In this document: positions 26,567-41,440 of the stretch, in pieces
Position numbering within the stretch: the stretch's first letter is position 1
Layout of the letters: each line of letters begins with the position of its first letter
Assembly (NCBI GenBank): GCA_963829055.1
Contig: CAWHHI010000006.1
Span: forward strand, 32,001 to 96,000
Direction of reading: 5' to 3'
Length of the DNA stretch: 64,000 nt
Origin: an uncultured Gemmatimonadaceae bacterium
GTDB lineage: Bacteria; Gemmatimonadota; Gemmatimonadetes; Gemmatimonadales; Gemmatimonadaceae
Position numbers and translations under genes: made by a program
The notes under the pieces: generated by a model
What the model saw: the letters and a program-made list of their open reading frames with translations, nothing else
Told to the model about the DNA's origin: nothing
The model's database searches: none

Positions 26567-27499
26567 ATGCGGTATTCACCACTCTCGAACTACCAGGACG
26601 CACAATTTCCGGAAGGCATGTCGGACGTACGCGGGTTCGAAGTTCGGACCCGTGATGACGAGAAGGTCGGCAAGGTGAGCGACCTGATCGCGTCTGACGA
26701 CGGGCAGATCCGTTATCTCGACGTGGACCTCGGCGGGATCTTCAATCCTCGCCACGTCCTCCTTCCAGTCGGCGCCGCTGAGGCCGATGCGCGGCGCGAC
26801 GTCGTGTGGATCTCGGGAATGTCGAAAGACGAGATCAAGGCGCTGCCGGATTACACCGGAGACGTGAGCGCGCTGACCAACGACTACGAGTCCCGCGTTC
26901 GCGGCGTGTACGCGGGCCGCATGACGGATAAGGACCTCTACGACCAGGGGAGGTTCTATGCGAACCGGGGCGGCAAGGCGGCCCGCGAGGCGCGCCTAAC
27001 GCTATCCGAGGAACAGCTCTCGGTCGGGAAACGCCAGGTCCAGGCCGGTGAGGCCGCGATCCGTAAGACAGTCGAGACCGAGCACGTGCGGAAGACGGTC
27101 CCGGTCGAGCGCGAGGAGGTCGTGGTCGAGCGCCGGCCGCTCTCGGCAGACGCCAATGCCAACGTGGACATCGGCGAGGACGAGATCCGCATTCCGCTCA
27201 TGCGCGAGGAGGTCGTCGTCGAGAAGCGCGCTGTGCCGGTCGAGGAGGTCGTGGTGCAGAAGCGCGTCGTGACAGAGGAACAGCAGGTCGAGGCCGACTT
27301 GCGCCGCGAGCGCGTCGACGATCGCTCGCTGAACAACCTCGCAGACCGCGAAGTCAGCGCCGCCGACGACGTGGGCAGCACGACCCGACGCGGCTCCAGA
27401 AAGGTCGCGGACAAGCTCGACGACATGAAGGACCGCATCGACGGGAACCCGGCCTCGAAGCCGGGCCCTGATCCGACGGATAGGCCTGAGCGCCGCTAA
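26567..27499 (+). CDS. PRC-barrel + DUF2382 (YsnF/AvaK-like) protein
   Basis: DVRGFEV..DDEKVGKVSDLI, IRYLDV; LSEEQL.VGKR, VPVEREEVVVERRP, IPLMREEV; GGAGG RBS. Confidence 0.85.
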   Translation: MRYSPLSNYQDAQFPEGMSDVRGFEVRTRDDEKVGKVSDLIASDDGQIRYLDVDLGGIFNPRHVLLPVGAAEADARRDVVWISGMSKDEIKALPDYTGDVSALTNDYESRVRGVYAGRMTDKDLYDQGRFYANRGGKAAREARLTLSEEQLSVGKRQVQAGEAAIRKTVETEHVRKTVPVEREEVVVERRPLSADANANVDIGEDEIRIPLMREEVVVEKRAVPVEEVVVQKRVVTEEQQVEADLRRERVDDRSLNNLADREVSAADDVGSTTRRGSRKVADKLDDMKDRIDGNPASKPGPDPTDRPERR

Positions 27500-27514
27500 C
27501 AGACCGACGTCGCA

Positions 27515-27557
27515 CGAATGGGGCGGCCACCGGAAATTTCGGTGGCCGCCCCATTCG
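27515..27557. terminator. Strong GC-rich hairpin, probable terminator
   Basis: CGAATGGGGCGGCCACCG - loop - CGGTGGCCGCCCCATTCG just after the stop codon. Confidence 0.65.
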
Positions 27558-27631
27558 CATCGAACGCCCCACAGGTGTACGTCGCCTGGAGCCGGTCGTA
27601 AGATTCCGCTCAACCCGTTACCCCGCCGCTC

Positions 27632-29722
27632 ATGCGCCGACTCGCTCTCGTTTCGCTCATCCTCGCGACTGGGCTCGATGCCCGCGCTCAGGCTACCGCT
27701 CAGGCTCCAACCGATCGCCGCGGCATCACCGCGGAGGACTACTTCGGGTTCGTGTTCGCGGCGGATCCGCGGCTGTCGCCGGACGGGAGTCAGGTCGTCT
27801 ACGTGTCGTCGCGCGTCGACCGCGCGCGGAATCGCCGCGTGCCATCCATCTGGATCGTCCCGACCGACGGCAACGCGCCGCCGCGAATGATCGTCGACGA
27901 GGCGTTTTCAGCGAGTGCGCCTCGCTGGTCGCCGGACGGGAAGACGATCGCGTTCACGTCGGGGCGCGTCATCGCCGACAGCACCGGCACGACGGGAACG
28001 CAGCAACCTGCACCGGGACGCGCGCAGCTCTGGACCGTCGCCGCAGGCGGCGGCGCGCCACGACGGATCACGAATGTCGCGAACGGCGTGTCGGGCTGCT
28101 CCTGGTCGCCTAACGGCGCGCAGTTCGTCTGCCTCGCGCGAACCGGACCGAGCGACACGCTCAACACGGGACCCGAGCGCAGCGACGTGCGGCACTACAC
28201 GAGCCTCACGTACAAGTTCAACGATACGGGTTGGTACGACGACAAGCGCTCGCATCTCTGGATCATCGACGCCAGCAGCGGTGCGGCCCGTCAGATCACG
28301 AGCGGCGATTCGTGGAACGACACGGACGCGCAGTGGTCGCCGGACGGGTCGCGCATCGCGTTCGTCTCGGACCGTACCGGCATGGAGTTCGACGAGGGGC
28401 ACAACAGCGACATCTGGACGATCCCGGCTTCCGGCGGGAGCCTGACGAAGATCACGCCGAGCAAGGAGCGTGATACGTCGCCGGTGTGGTCGCCTGACGG
28501 GAAGTCGATCGCGTTCGTGAGCGCGGAGGACGAGGACGCGCCGCCGCAGCTCTACATCACCGAGAGCAGTGGCACTGGAACGCCTCGGCTCGCGGCCAAG
28601 TCGCTCGACCTGCTGCCCGGCAATCTGCAGTGGGCCGAGAACGGTCGCGCGCTCTACTTCGACACGGGCGTCAAGGGTGAGCTGCACGTCTTTCGCGTTG
28701 ACGTCGCCACCGGGGCGCGTCCGTCAGGTGACGACCGGCGCGCGCGGCGTTCGTGCCTCGGACGTGAGCCCGACGTTAGGCAGGATGGTCTACCTCGCCA
28801 ACGACTTTCAGCATCTCGACGACGTCTACTCGGCCACGCTCGACGGGAAGGGCGAGCGGAAGCTCACGGACGTGAACGCGGCGCTCTGGAAGACGCTCGA
28901 CGCTCGCGCCGGTGCAGCGCATGACGTTCAAGGGCGCTGACGGCTGGGACGTCGACGGCTTTCTCGTCAAGCCGTTAGGCTGGACCGCCGGCACGAAGTA
29001 CCCGATGATCCTGAGCATTCACGGCGGGCCGTCCGGCCAGTACGGCGTGGACTGGTATCACGAGTTCCAGGTCTACGCCGCGAAGGGGTATGCCGTGTTC
29101 TTCACGAACCCGCGCGGCTCGACCGGCTACGGGCGGAAGTTCCAGCGCGGCATCGAGCTGCAGTGGGGCGGCAACGACTACATCGACATCATGAACGGCG
29201 TGCGCGCGGTCGACCGCCGCGAACCCGTGGATCGACACGACGCGCCTTGGCGTCACCGGTGGCAGCTACGGCGGCTACATGACGAACTGGATCGTCGGCC
29301 ACACGGGGCTGTTCAAGGCGGCGGTGACGCTGCGCTCGATCTCGAACTTCATCAGCGACGACGGCACCCGTGACGGCGCGTACGGCCACAAGGGCGATTT
29401 CGGGGGAGACATCTTCCAGAAGTACGATCTCTTCTGGGATCGCTCGCCGCTCAAGTACGTGCAGAACGTGACGACGCCGATTCTCGTGCTGCACTCCGAC
29501 AACGACTATCGCGTGCCGATCGAGCAGGGCGAGCAGTGGTTCCGCGCGCTGAAGCATTTCGGGAAGACGGCGGAGATCGTGTTCTTCCCGCGCGAGAATC
29601 ACAATCTGACGCGGACGGGCGAGCCGCGGCACATCGTGGAGAGCATGAACTGGCAGCTGTATTGGTTCGATCGATACTTGTTAGGCAATGCCAACGCGGT
29701 GGCGCCGGATCACCGTAAGTAG
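27632..29722 (+). CDS. S9 family peptidase with PD40 propeller (frameshifted)
   Basis: Signal peptide, WSPDG repeats, IHGGP, NPRGSTGYG, GGSYGG, D.RVP, H. Confidence 0.88.
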
Positions 29723-29744
29723 ATCTGCGCGGACCGTGCGGCTC

Positions 29745-30084
29745 GGATCATCGCGCCGGGGTCGGTGAGAACTACGATTGGGCGGATCTGTACGGCGAAA
29801 CTACCGGATACGGCTTTGCATTCAGGCATCATCGCGCCGCGGCCTGGGGAACGGCGATCTCGCGGATGACGCGGAAGAAGCAGGATAGCGCTCCGAGGTC
29901 GGCTCCGCTCGCCACGAGCCGGGATTTCTTGGGAACGGCCGCTCGGGAGACTCACTGCGTCCCGAGCGGCCGTTCCCATTTTCTAAGAGTCCGGCGAGAG
30001 CCAGCGTCAGTGCAAAGCCGTATCCGGCCGTTTTGCAGTTCATCCGCCCAATCGTCGTTCCCACCGGCCCCGGCGCGATGATCC
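29745..30084. repeat. ~340-bp nested palindromic element with ~75-bp imperfect terminal inverted repeats
   Basis: 29745-29820 is the near reverse complement of 30011-30084. A degenerate third copy starts at ~29828, and an inner perfect hairpin spans 29930-29978. Confidence 0.75.
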
Positions 30085-30091
30085 AGACAGG

Positions 30092-32003
30092 CTAGAGCTC
30101 GATCTCCGCGCCCATCTCCACTACTCGGTTCGGCGGAATCCTGAAGTAGCGCGTCGCTCGGCGGGCGTTGCGCGCCATGCGTGCGAACAATCGCTCTCTC
30201 CATATCGCCATCCCCGGACGGTCCGTCGCCAGCAGCGTCTCGCGGCCCACGAAGAACGTCGTCGTCGCCAGGTCGATGTCCAATCCCTTTCGCGCGGCAG
30301 CGTTCGCACCACGCCAAGGATCTCCGGATCCTCGGCGAAGCCGTGCCGCGCCGTGACGCGATAGACGTTAGGCGAGAGCGTCTCGATCATCACGCGATCG
30401 TCCGCCGCGACGTAGGCGTACGCTTCCGTGAACATCGCCAGGAACACGATACGCTCGTGCAGCACCTTGTTGTGCTGCAGGTTGAGCACGAGCGCGTGCG
30501 GCACGAGGTTCGGATCGCGCGTCAGGTAGACCGCCGTTCCGGGCACGCGCATCGGCGCTGCACGTCTCGATGCGCTTCGGCAGCTCGGCCGTCGACAGCG
30601 CCGACTCGGACAGACGCTCGGCGAGAATCGCGCGCCCGCGCTTCCACGTCGTCATGATCGTGAATACCACCGCCGCGATCACGAGCGGGAACCAGCCGCC
30701 GCTCGGAATCTTCGTCACGCCCGCGGTCCAGAAGCCGAGGTCCATGACGAGAAATGCCGCCGCCAGCGCGACGGTGGCCGGGATGACTCCAGTTCCAGCG
30801 CGTACGCGCCACGACGGCGAACAGGATCGTCGTGAACACCATGTCGGTCGTCACCGCCACACCGTACGCCGCCGCCAGGTTGCTCGACGAACGGAAGCCC
30901 GACGACGAGACCGACGCACGCGATCATCAGCAGCCAGTTGAGCCCGGGGATGTAGATCTGGCCGATGTGCGTCGACGACGTGTGCTCGATGTCCACGCGA
31001 GGCAGATAGCCGAGCTGCACTGCCTGACGAGTGAGCGAGAACGCGCCGGAGATCACGGCCTGCGACGCGATCACCGTTGCGAAGCGTCGTGAGAACGACG
31101 AGCGGGATCAGCGCCCACTCCGGCGCCAGCTGAAAGAACGGATGCTCGGCCGCTCTGGGATCGGCGATGACGAGCGCGCCCTGGCCGAAGTAGTTGATCA
31201 GCAGCGCCGGCAGCACGAGCACGAACCACGCGAAGCGGATCGGTCGCTTGCCGAAGTGGCCCATGTCCGCGTAGAGCGCCTCGCCTCCGGTCACCGCGAG
31301 GAACACGGAGCCGAGCACGAGGAAGCCGGCGACGCCGTTGCGCGCGAAGAATCTCACGGCGTGCAGTGGATTCACCGCCGTCAGCACGGACGGGTGCGCG
31401 ATGATGTGCGTCACCCCTAACGCCGCGAGCACGAGCGAACCACAGCAGCATCACCGGCCCGAAGATCGACCCGATGCGCGCCGTCCCGCGACTCTGCACG
31501 GCGAAGAGCACGATCAGAATCGCGATCGTGATCGGGACGATGTACGGCCGAAACACCGGCGTGGCGACCTCGAGCCCTTCGACGGCGCTCAGTACGGAGA
31601 TGGCCGGCGTGATCATCCCGTCGCCGTAGAGCAGCGACGCACCGAACAGCCCGATCAGGACGAACGACGCTCGGCGTCCCGACGGTTTGTCGCGCGGCGG
31701 CGAGACGAGCGCCGTGAGCGCGATCATGCCGCCTTCGCCGCAGTTGTCCGCGCGCATGACGAACGCGAGGTACTTGACGGAGATGACGAGGATGAGCGCC
31801 CAGACGATGAGCGACAGCAGCCCGAGCACGTTCTCGGGCGTCGGCGTCAGCCCGTGCTTCCCGTGAAGCGACTCACGGAGCGCGTAGATGGGGCTCGTGC
31901 CAATGTCGCCGTAGACGACGCCAAGCGCGGCGAGTGACAGTCCGGCGAGCGCCTGCCCGCTGGGCTTCTCGTCAGGCGCGTGGTGATTGGGGTCGTGGCT
32001 CAA
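30092..32003 (-). CDS. kup: KUP/HAK/KT potassium transporter (frameshifted)
   Basis: [73 protein letters not shown]. Confidence 0.93.
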
Positions 32004-32146
32004 CGGGCTCCGTGGCTTTCGCAAGTGAGGTGGACCGACCAAGCGCAAACAAGATACCCGCGGCTCAGCCATCAACGGATGACGTGGCTTGCACCCAGCG
32101 TCACCCAGTCACCAGCACGACCACCCAGCAACCAGCGCTGCCCAAC

Positions 32147-32203
32147 CTTCCTCTTGCTAAACGAAAGGAGTTATTCCTATCTTCTCTCGGTAAACGAAAG
32201 AAG
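32147..32203 (+). promoter_or_regulatory. Two imperfect repeats upstream of padR, candidate operators
   Basis: CTTCCTCTTGCTAAACGAAAGGAG (32147-32170) and CTTCTCTCGGTAAACGAAAGAAG (32181-32203). Confidence 0.45.
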
Positions 32204-32215
32204 AGAGCGTGCGAC

Positions 32216-32556
32216 GTGGCCGATACCGAACGCGGCGGGGAAGTCATCAAGGGAACCCTCGACCTCCTCGTCCTCAAGACCCTCCAGTTGGGGCCAATGC
32301 ACGGCTGGGGCATCACCGAGCTGATCGAGCAACGCTCGGAAAATCTGCTGAGCGTGAACCAGGGCTCGCTCTACCCGGCGCTCTACCGACTCGTCAGGCA
32401 GGGACTCATTCGCTCGACGTGGAAGACGAGCGACAACAATCGCCGAGCACGGTACTACGAGCTGACGGCGGCCGGGCGTGAGCAATTGCGTGAGGAGCGT
32501 GCACAGTGGGAGCGCCTGTCGCGCGGCGTGAACCTCGTGCTGAAGACAGCGGGAGA

Positions 32557-32560
<4 letters not shown>
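32216..32560 (+). CDS. PadR family transcriptional regulator
   Basis: GTLDLLVLK, MHGWGI, QGSLYPALYRL, NNRRARYYELT. Confidence 0.9.
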
Positions 32561-35218
<2,658 letters not shown>

Positions 35219-35225
35219 AGCTGGA

Positions 35226-35290
35226 GTCATTCCGAGCTCGTCGTCACCGATGAGGAGTGGGAGTCATCCTAAGAGCCAATCGCGGAATGA
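35226..35290. repeat. Degenerate GTCATTCC..GGAATGA palindromic repeat
   Basis: GTCATTCCGAGC ... CGGAATGAG directly after the permease stop codon. Confidence 0.5.
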
Positions 35291-35596
35291 GGTAGCTCCG
35301 CGCTACGCTGGCCATGCCGATCGGCCACACCGACTGATCAGCATCGAGGCCAATCCGTTGCGGAGGAGGAGGTTCCATGCCTGCCACCCGTGCACCGAAA
35401 GCGTGCGATGGGTGGTGCTGCTCAAGCCCGGAACGGTCTCAACGTCCGCGTTAGGCGGGGCGTGCCCGCGTTCGCGATCACACTGGAGGCGGGAGCCGGG
35501 GCCCCTCCTCATGATAAGGCGACATACCGCCTAGCTTGCTTCCTGCATATGAGTCGACTTTCTTCCGCGTCCGACGTAAGAGCACCTGAGGGAGCT

Positions 35597-36400
35597 ATGG
35601 AAATGCAGTTGCAGCTCAAGGAGCGAATTCGGTCATATGTACCGCGCCCGGTCATCGAAGCGCGGCGAGCCGTCATAAAAGGGGTACGGCGTGCACGGGC
35701 CGAGTGGCCGTTGATGTCGCTCCAGCTTGGCAGGCTCGGGACTCTGGACTATAAGAGCCGCGGAGTACTCGTACGGCGACTCCTGGATGCGCACGAGCAT
35801 GTGCAGTGTGCGCACACGCACGAAGAGATGGTTCGCATCCTGAAAGAGATATTCGCCATTCCGGCCGATCGGCCCGGCTGTATTGTCGAGGCGGGATGCT
35901 TCAAAGGCGGTAGTACCGCCAAGCTCAGCATTGCCGCAGCCGAAGTCGGGCGCCGGCTCGTCGTATTCGACTCGTTCGAAGGTATTCCGGACAACGACGA
36001 ACCGCACGACACGACGATCTTCGGCGACACGGCTCGGTTCGCGAAGGGGTCGTACGCCGGCAGGCTGTCGGAGGTCTCTGATAACGTGGAGCGCTGGGGC
36101 GAGCTGTCGGTGTGCGAGATGGTGCCCGGCTGGTTCAGCGACACGATGCCCAAGTTTCGCGACCCCATCGCGATTGGCTTCATCGACGTCGACCTCGCGT
36201 CGTCCACGCGGACGTGTCTGGAGCAACTCTATCCCCGACTCATTCCTGGCGGCGTGCTGTTCTCGCATGACGGGCACCTGCCGTTATGCATCGACGTTCT
36301 TCGCGATCAGGCGATGTGGAAGGCGATCGGTGGTCCGACGCCAGTCATGACCGGACTCGGCACCGACAAGCTCGTCGCGATTCAGAAGCCACGTCAGTAG
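35597..36400 (+). CDS. TylF/MycF/NovP-like O-methyltransferase
   Basis: PGCIVEAGCFKGGS, FDSFEGIP, GWFSDT, IDVDL, LIPGG. Confidence 0.8.
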   Translation: MEMQLQLKERIRSYVPRPVIEARRAVIKGVRRARAEWPLMSLQLGRLGTLDYKSRGVLVRRLLDAHEHVQCAHTHEEMVRILKEIFAIPADRPGCIVEAGCFKGGSTAKLSIAAAEVGRRLVVFDSFEGIPDNDEPHDTTIFGDTARFAKGSYAGRLSEVSDNVERWGELSVCEMVPGWFSDTMPKFRDPIAIGFIDVDLASSTRTCLEQLYPRLIPGGVLFSHDGHLPLCIDVLRDQAMWKAIGGPTPVMTGLGTDKLVAIQKPRQ

Positions 36401-36431
36401 TAGGCAACCGCGCCGTCTGTTCACTGGACGG

Positions 36432-38913
36432 TTACGCACCTGGTGGCTTCGCGCGCTCGCTCACGCGAACGAACCGCTTGTCGGTGCGTACGCCGTCGAA
36501 CAGCGGAGAGGTCATGTAGAACCAGAGCCACGCGTTCTCGGGGCTCGATCGCTCGAGCATACTGAGGCCGCGCGCCGTCTGGCCAGTTCGGACGAACGCT
36601 GCCGCGACGTAGAGGGCATCCGTCGCAGACAGCCGAGTGGTGTCGGGCACCGAACGGAACGTGCTGTCGGCCCAGTGGCGTGCGGTCACCGTGTCGCCAC
36701 TGGCTGCAAGCGCGATGGCCATTGCGGCGAACGGCGGGACCCGATACCCAGCCGCGACTCGCACTGCGCTCCGCGCGTCCTCGAGGGCGAGCGCAACTTT
36801 TCCGGCAGCAGTGCGCGTAGTCGAGCGCGCGGCGAACGAGTAGGACGACGATGGGTCTACCGCGATGGCGCTGTCGAGCCAGCGGAGGCCTTCATCGTAC
36901 TTGCCCGATCGGGCGACGAGCGATCCCAGCGACATGAGCGGCGACGCCCAGTCGGGTTCGATGGCGATGGCGCGGCGGTAGTGGGCGATCGCCGGCGCGG
37001 CGAACCCTGACGCCATGAGCGCCTGGCCGTACTGGTACTGTGCTTCCGCGTTCGTGGAGTCGAGCATGACGGCTCGCTCGAACGCGGGAACGACGCCGTC
37101 GAGGGTGCGCGGGAAGCGAAGGAAGAGCAGGTGCCCGCGTGCCAACCAGGCCTCGGCGCTGGCGGTATCCTGCCCAAGTGCACTGTCCGCGGCGGCCAGG
37201 CCGCGCGTGAGCAGCTCGCCACGCGTGAGCCCGCGCGGGTGTGGCCAGCCCCAGTCGGCGAAGACAGCGTAGGCGTAGCCCTTCCGCGCGAGTGCTCGCG
37301 TCATTGCGGGATCGATGCGACTTGCGATCTCGAACTCCTCGATCGCGCGCGCGACGCTCACCGGGTTCCGTTTCGCGAGCTGGAAGTTGCCGCGCAGGTA
37401 GTGATCGTGTGCTTCGGGATTCACGACCAGTGGCTGCACCAGCACCGCACGGTCGTCCGGCGCTCAACGCTCCGCCGGCGTGCAGTCGCAACCTGGTCGA
37501 CGATGGAGTCCTGTATCGGGACGAAGCTGCCGCCGCGTGCGACGTCATACTCGTCGGTCCATGCCTCGGATGCGTCCGCCGTGCTGACGAGCTGCAACGG
37601 CGATGTGGACTCCGGTGCTGGTCCGCCTAACGTTGCCGTCCAGGACGTACTGTACCCCGAGCAGTCGGCCAGCCTCCGCCGGATCGGCGGTGGCGGACGT
37701 ACGGAGGCGCGCTACGGCCCCTCGGCTCTTGATCCGGAGTTTCCCGATCCGGCCCAGCCGTGACGTGATCTCTTCCGTCAGTCCGTCGGCGAGGTAGGCA
37801 TCGAGCGTATCTGAGGATCGGTTGTGAAAGTAGAGCACCGCCACGCTCGGCGATTGCGCCGAATCGCGGAGCTGCCGCGTGCTGGCCGGCGCGATCTCTT
37901 GCTGGCCCCGGGCCTGCAACGTCGCCCACGCTCCTGCCCCGACTACGGCCATGGCCGCCGCTGCAATCACGATCTGCCTAACGCGGTGGCGACGTCCGGG
38001 TTGCGGCGGCACCGGCGCGCTGGCTCCCGTGTCCGGCGTCGCGGTCGCGGGGAAGTCCGCGCTCGCTAGCCCGTAGCGCGAGCTGGTCGAGTGCGCGCAC
38101 GAAATCGGCAGCCGTCGCGAATCGGTCGGCCGGCAGCGTCGCCATCGCCATCGCCGTGACAGCGTCGATCTCGGCCGTGAGCGATGCGCGCACGGCTCGC
38201 ACGCTCGGCGCGCGGTCCGTGAACCGACGCGCGATGATGGCCTGGACGGTCGGCCCCGCGAATGGCGGCTCGCCGGCCAGCATCTCGTAGAGCACGCAGC
38301 CTAACGAATAAATGTCGCTGCGAGCGTCGACGTCGGTCTCGCCCGAGGCCTGCTCCGGGCTCATGTACGCGGGCGTCCCGACCACGAGCCCGATGCTCGT
38401 CAGGCGTTCGCCGTCGGCGGCATTCACCGCGCGTGCAATGCCGAAGTCCGTGACCAGCGCGTGGCCGTCGGACAGGAGGATGTTCTCGGGCTTGATGTCG
38501 CGATGCACCACGCCGCGCGCGTGCGCGTACGCCAGCGCTTCCGCGGACTCTCGAGCGAGGCGGAGGGCCTCGCCGACGGGGAGCTGACGTTCTGCGACCA
38601 GGCGCGCGCGGAGCGACTCGCCCTCGACCAGCGGCATCGTGTAGTAGAGAAACCCGCCGGACTCGCCGCCGCCGAACAACGGCACGATGTGCGGGTGCTG
38701 GAGCCGGGCGGCGAGCTGCGTTTCGCGTCGAAAGCGCTCCACGCTCATCGACTCCGCGACTTCGGGGAGCAACACCTTCAGTACGACGCGGCGGCCGAAC
38801 GCCCGCTCCTCCGCGACGAACACGCGCGACATTCCGCCGCCGCCGAGCTCGCGTTCGAGCCGAAAGGCGGAGCCAAGAGCGGTCTGTAGCTGGTCGGGCA
38901 GGTCGAGGGTCAC
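36432..38913 (-). CDS. Hanks-type Ser/Thr kinase + TM + TolB-N/FlgO-like domain + TPRs (frameshifted)
   Basis: LGGGGMSRV, VLKV, HRDIKPEN, DFGIA, GTPAYMSPEQ, SDIYSLG; SVAVLYF, ADGLTEEI; TPR-like C-terminus. Confidence 0.88.
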
Positions 38914-38994
38914 GCGAGGGCCGCGAGGGCCAGATTGAACGCGTCGAACATAGGCGCTGTTCATCGGTCCGCCAGCCGCTCATCTTCGGTGCTC

Positions 38995-39432
38995 ATGGAT
39001 CCGTACCTCGCCGCCGCAGTCGACGAAGCCCGTGAAGGTCTGGCTGAAGGGGGGATTCCGATCGGCTCCGTCCTCGTGATCGATGGCAGGATCGTCGGAC
39101 GCGGGCACAACCGGCGGGTGCAGAAAGGGAGCGCGATCCTGCACGCCGAGATGGACTGCCTGGAGCGAGCGGGGAGGCTCAAGGCGGCCGACTATCGTCG
39201 GTCGACGCTCTACTCGACGCTGTCGCCGTGCGACATGTGCAGCGGCACGGCCCTTCTGTACGGCATTCCGCGGATCGTGATCGGCGAGAACCGCACGTTC
39301 CGTGGGCCTGAGGACTACGTCCGGTCGCGCGGCGTCGAGCTGACTATCGTCGACGACGCTGAGTGCGTCCGGCTCATGCGCGAGTTCATCGCTGCGAAAC
39401 CCGAACTCTGGAACGAGGACATCGGGGTTTAG
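38995..39432 (+). CDS. Zn-dependent cytosine/nucleoside deaminase (yeast FCY1-like)
   Basis: EGGIPIGS, GHNRRVQ, HAE, TLSPCDMC, IGEN, LWNEDIG. Confidence 0.85.
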   Translation: MDPYLAAAVDEAREGLAEGGIPIGSVLVIDGRIVGRGHNRRVQKGSAILHAEMDCLERAGRLKAADYRRSTLYSTLSPCDMCSGTALLYGIPRIVIGENRTFRGPEDYVRSRGVELTIVDDAECVRLMREFIAAKPELWNEDIGV

Positions 39433-39536
39433 TCTGGATAAGTCCAGGGTCAGCCACCTAACGACCCACGCGTTCTTGCAACTCTGCCCCATCTGCGGCG
39501 ACAGTGATGCGCCGCCCCCAATGTGATAGGTGTGAC

Positions 39537-41237
39537 ATGGTCGCGACTCGCCCCACCGCGTTCGCCCTTGCCCTTACCATCGCTGGCGCCGTCCCCACTG
39601 CGCGCGCCCAGCCGGGACGCTCGGCCGAGTTGCCGCGCGAGCACGCCCCGCGTCCGACGACGGCGGCGATCACGGCGGCAGACCTCATGACCCGCCTCTA
39701 CATCTTCGCCGATGACTCCATGCTCGGACGCCTGCCCGGCACGCTTGGCGAGCGCCGGGCGACGATGTACCTCGAACGCGAGCTACGACGATTGGGCTTG
39801 ACGCCGGCCGGCGAGGACCGCGGGTACTTCCAGGTCGTGCCGCTCGTGAGCCGGGTCGTGTCCGCCCGCTCGGCCCTCTCGGTGGATGATACCCCGCTCG
39901 AACTCTGGACCGACGCCGCAGTGAGGGAACGCCAGGATTTCCCGCCGGGACCGGCCCAGCAACCGTTCGCTGGGATAACCGTCGTATATGGTGGTCCGTA
40001 TGCAGACACCACGAAGTGGATCAGTGGCGAGGCCGCCGCTGGCAAGGCGGTGCTGCTCACGCGAAAGGCCGGCGACCGGGTGGTGTTGGCGGAGCACTTC
40101 GGCCGTGCGGCGGCTGTCATTTTCGATGATCTGGAGACGTACCCGCCGTCAGCTGTCGCGGCTTGGCGCCAGCCGTCGGTGTTTCTTCGACCCGACAGTG
40201 CTGCCGGAGCCCCGGCCGCCGTTCGAATCCATGTCACACACGCCGTGGCGTCGCGCCTTTTCGGCGGCGCTCGCCTCGACACATTGCTGCCTGGCGCCAA
40301 TGGCCGTATGCTGCGCGGGCAGTTGACCTTTGACGACTCCGCGGTAACCGCACGGAACGTTGTCGCAGTGCTCCCAGGGCGAGATCCTTCCCACCGCAGC
40401 GAGTACGTCGCGCTCACGGCGCACCACGACCACCTCGGCTACAACCACGAGCCGGTGGACAGCGATTCGCTGCATGCTTTCCGCACGGAACTGGAGCAAC
40501 GGATGCCCGGGGCCGCGGACGGCGCACCGGTTTCACCAGAACAACTGGCGGCGATCCGAGTGAACGTGGATAGTCTCCGGCGCCTTCGCCCGGCCCGCCG
40601 CGACTCGATCTACAACGGGGCCGAGGATGACGGGTCGGGCTCGATGGCGCTCCTTGAGATCGCCGAGGCCCTGGTCGCGCCGGGCGTCACACGCCCCGCT
40701 CGCTCGGTGCTCTTCGTCTGGCACACGGCTGAGGAGCTTGGACTCGTCGGTTCGGGCTGGTATACGGATCACCCTACGGTACCGCGCGACTCCATCGTTG
40801 CCGCGATCAATGTTGACGGGTTCGGGCGGTGGACGCCGAAAGACTATCAGGGCGGGCGCGGACCGCGCACGCATGTGATCGGCGCGCGCCGACTTTCGAC
40901 TCAGCTCGGCGACATCGTCGAGAGCGTGAACAGGGCATCGCGTCATCCGCTCCTGCTCGATTATACCCTCGACGCGCCAAACCATCCCGACCAGATGTAC
41001 TGCCGGAGCGACCACTACATGTACGCGCGTTATAGTATCCCGAGCGTGTTCGTCACGGACCCGTTGTATCCGGACTACCATATTGTGTCCGAGGAGCCGC
41101 AGTACATCGACTACGCGGGGTTCGCCCACGGCACCCGGTTTGTTCATGACCTCGTTCTGCGCCTCGCGAACGCCGCCCGCAGACCGCTTGTGAATGGCAT
41201 GCGGCCATCAAACCCGCACGCGACCTGCGTGCAGTGA
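39537..41237 (+). CDS. M28 family metallopeptidase, secreted
   Basis: ADDSMLGR, RNVVAVL, AHHDH, YNGAEDDGSG, HTAEELGL.GS, RSDHY, DYH. Confidence 0.85.
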   Translation: MVATRPTAFALALTIAGAVPTARAQPGRSAELPREHAPRPTTAAITAADLMTRLYIFADDSMLGRLPGTLGERRATMYLERELRRLGLTPAGEDRGYFQVVPLVSRVVSARSALSVDDTPLELWTDAAVRERQDFPPGPAQQPFAGITVVYGGPYADTTKWISGEAAAGKAVLLTRKAGDRVVLAEHFGRAAAVIFDDLETYPPSAVAAWRQPSVFLRPDSAAGAPAAVRIHVTHAVASRLFGGARLDTLLPGANGRMLRGQLTFDDSAVTARNVVAVLPGRDPSHRSEYVALTAHHDHLGYNHEPVDSDSLHAFRTELEQRMPGAADGAPVSPEQLAAIRVNVDSLRRLRPARRDSIYNGAEDDGSGSMALLEIAEALVAPGVTRPARSVLFVWHTAEELGLVGSGWYTDHPTVPRDSIVAAINVDGFGRWTPKDYQGGRGPRTHVIGARRLSTQLGDIVESVNRASRHPLLLDYTLDAPNHPDQMYCRSDHYMYARYSIPSVFVTDPLYPDYHIVSEEPQYIDYAGFAHGTRFVHDLVLRLANAARRPLVNGMRPSNPHATCVQ

Positions 41238-41440
41238 CAGCCGACCGCGCCCCCGACGGTAGTGCTGAGCCGCCAGAGGCGGGCCGTCACCACCTGACCG
41301 TTGCCGGGAGACTTGCTCGAGCCGCGGCCTTTGCCTGAACGTGGGACGGTTCGTATGTTGGCGTGGACAACCAACATCCATCGACGCGCACGGCGTGGGC
41401 GTCGCGATTGCGACGGCGCACGCTGGTCCGCGGAGGGCGC

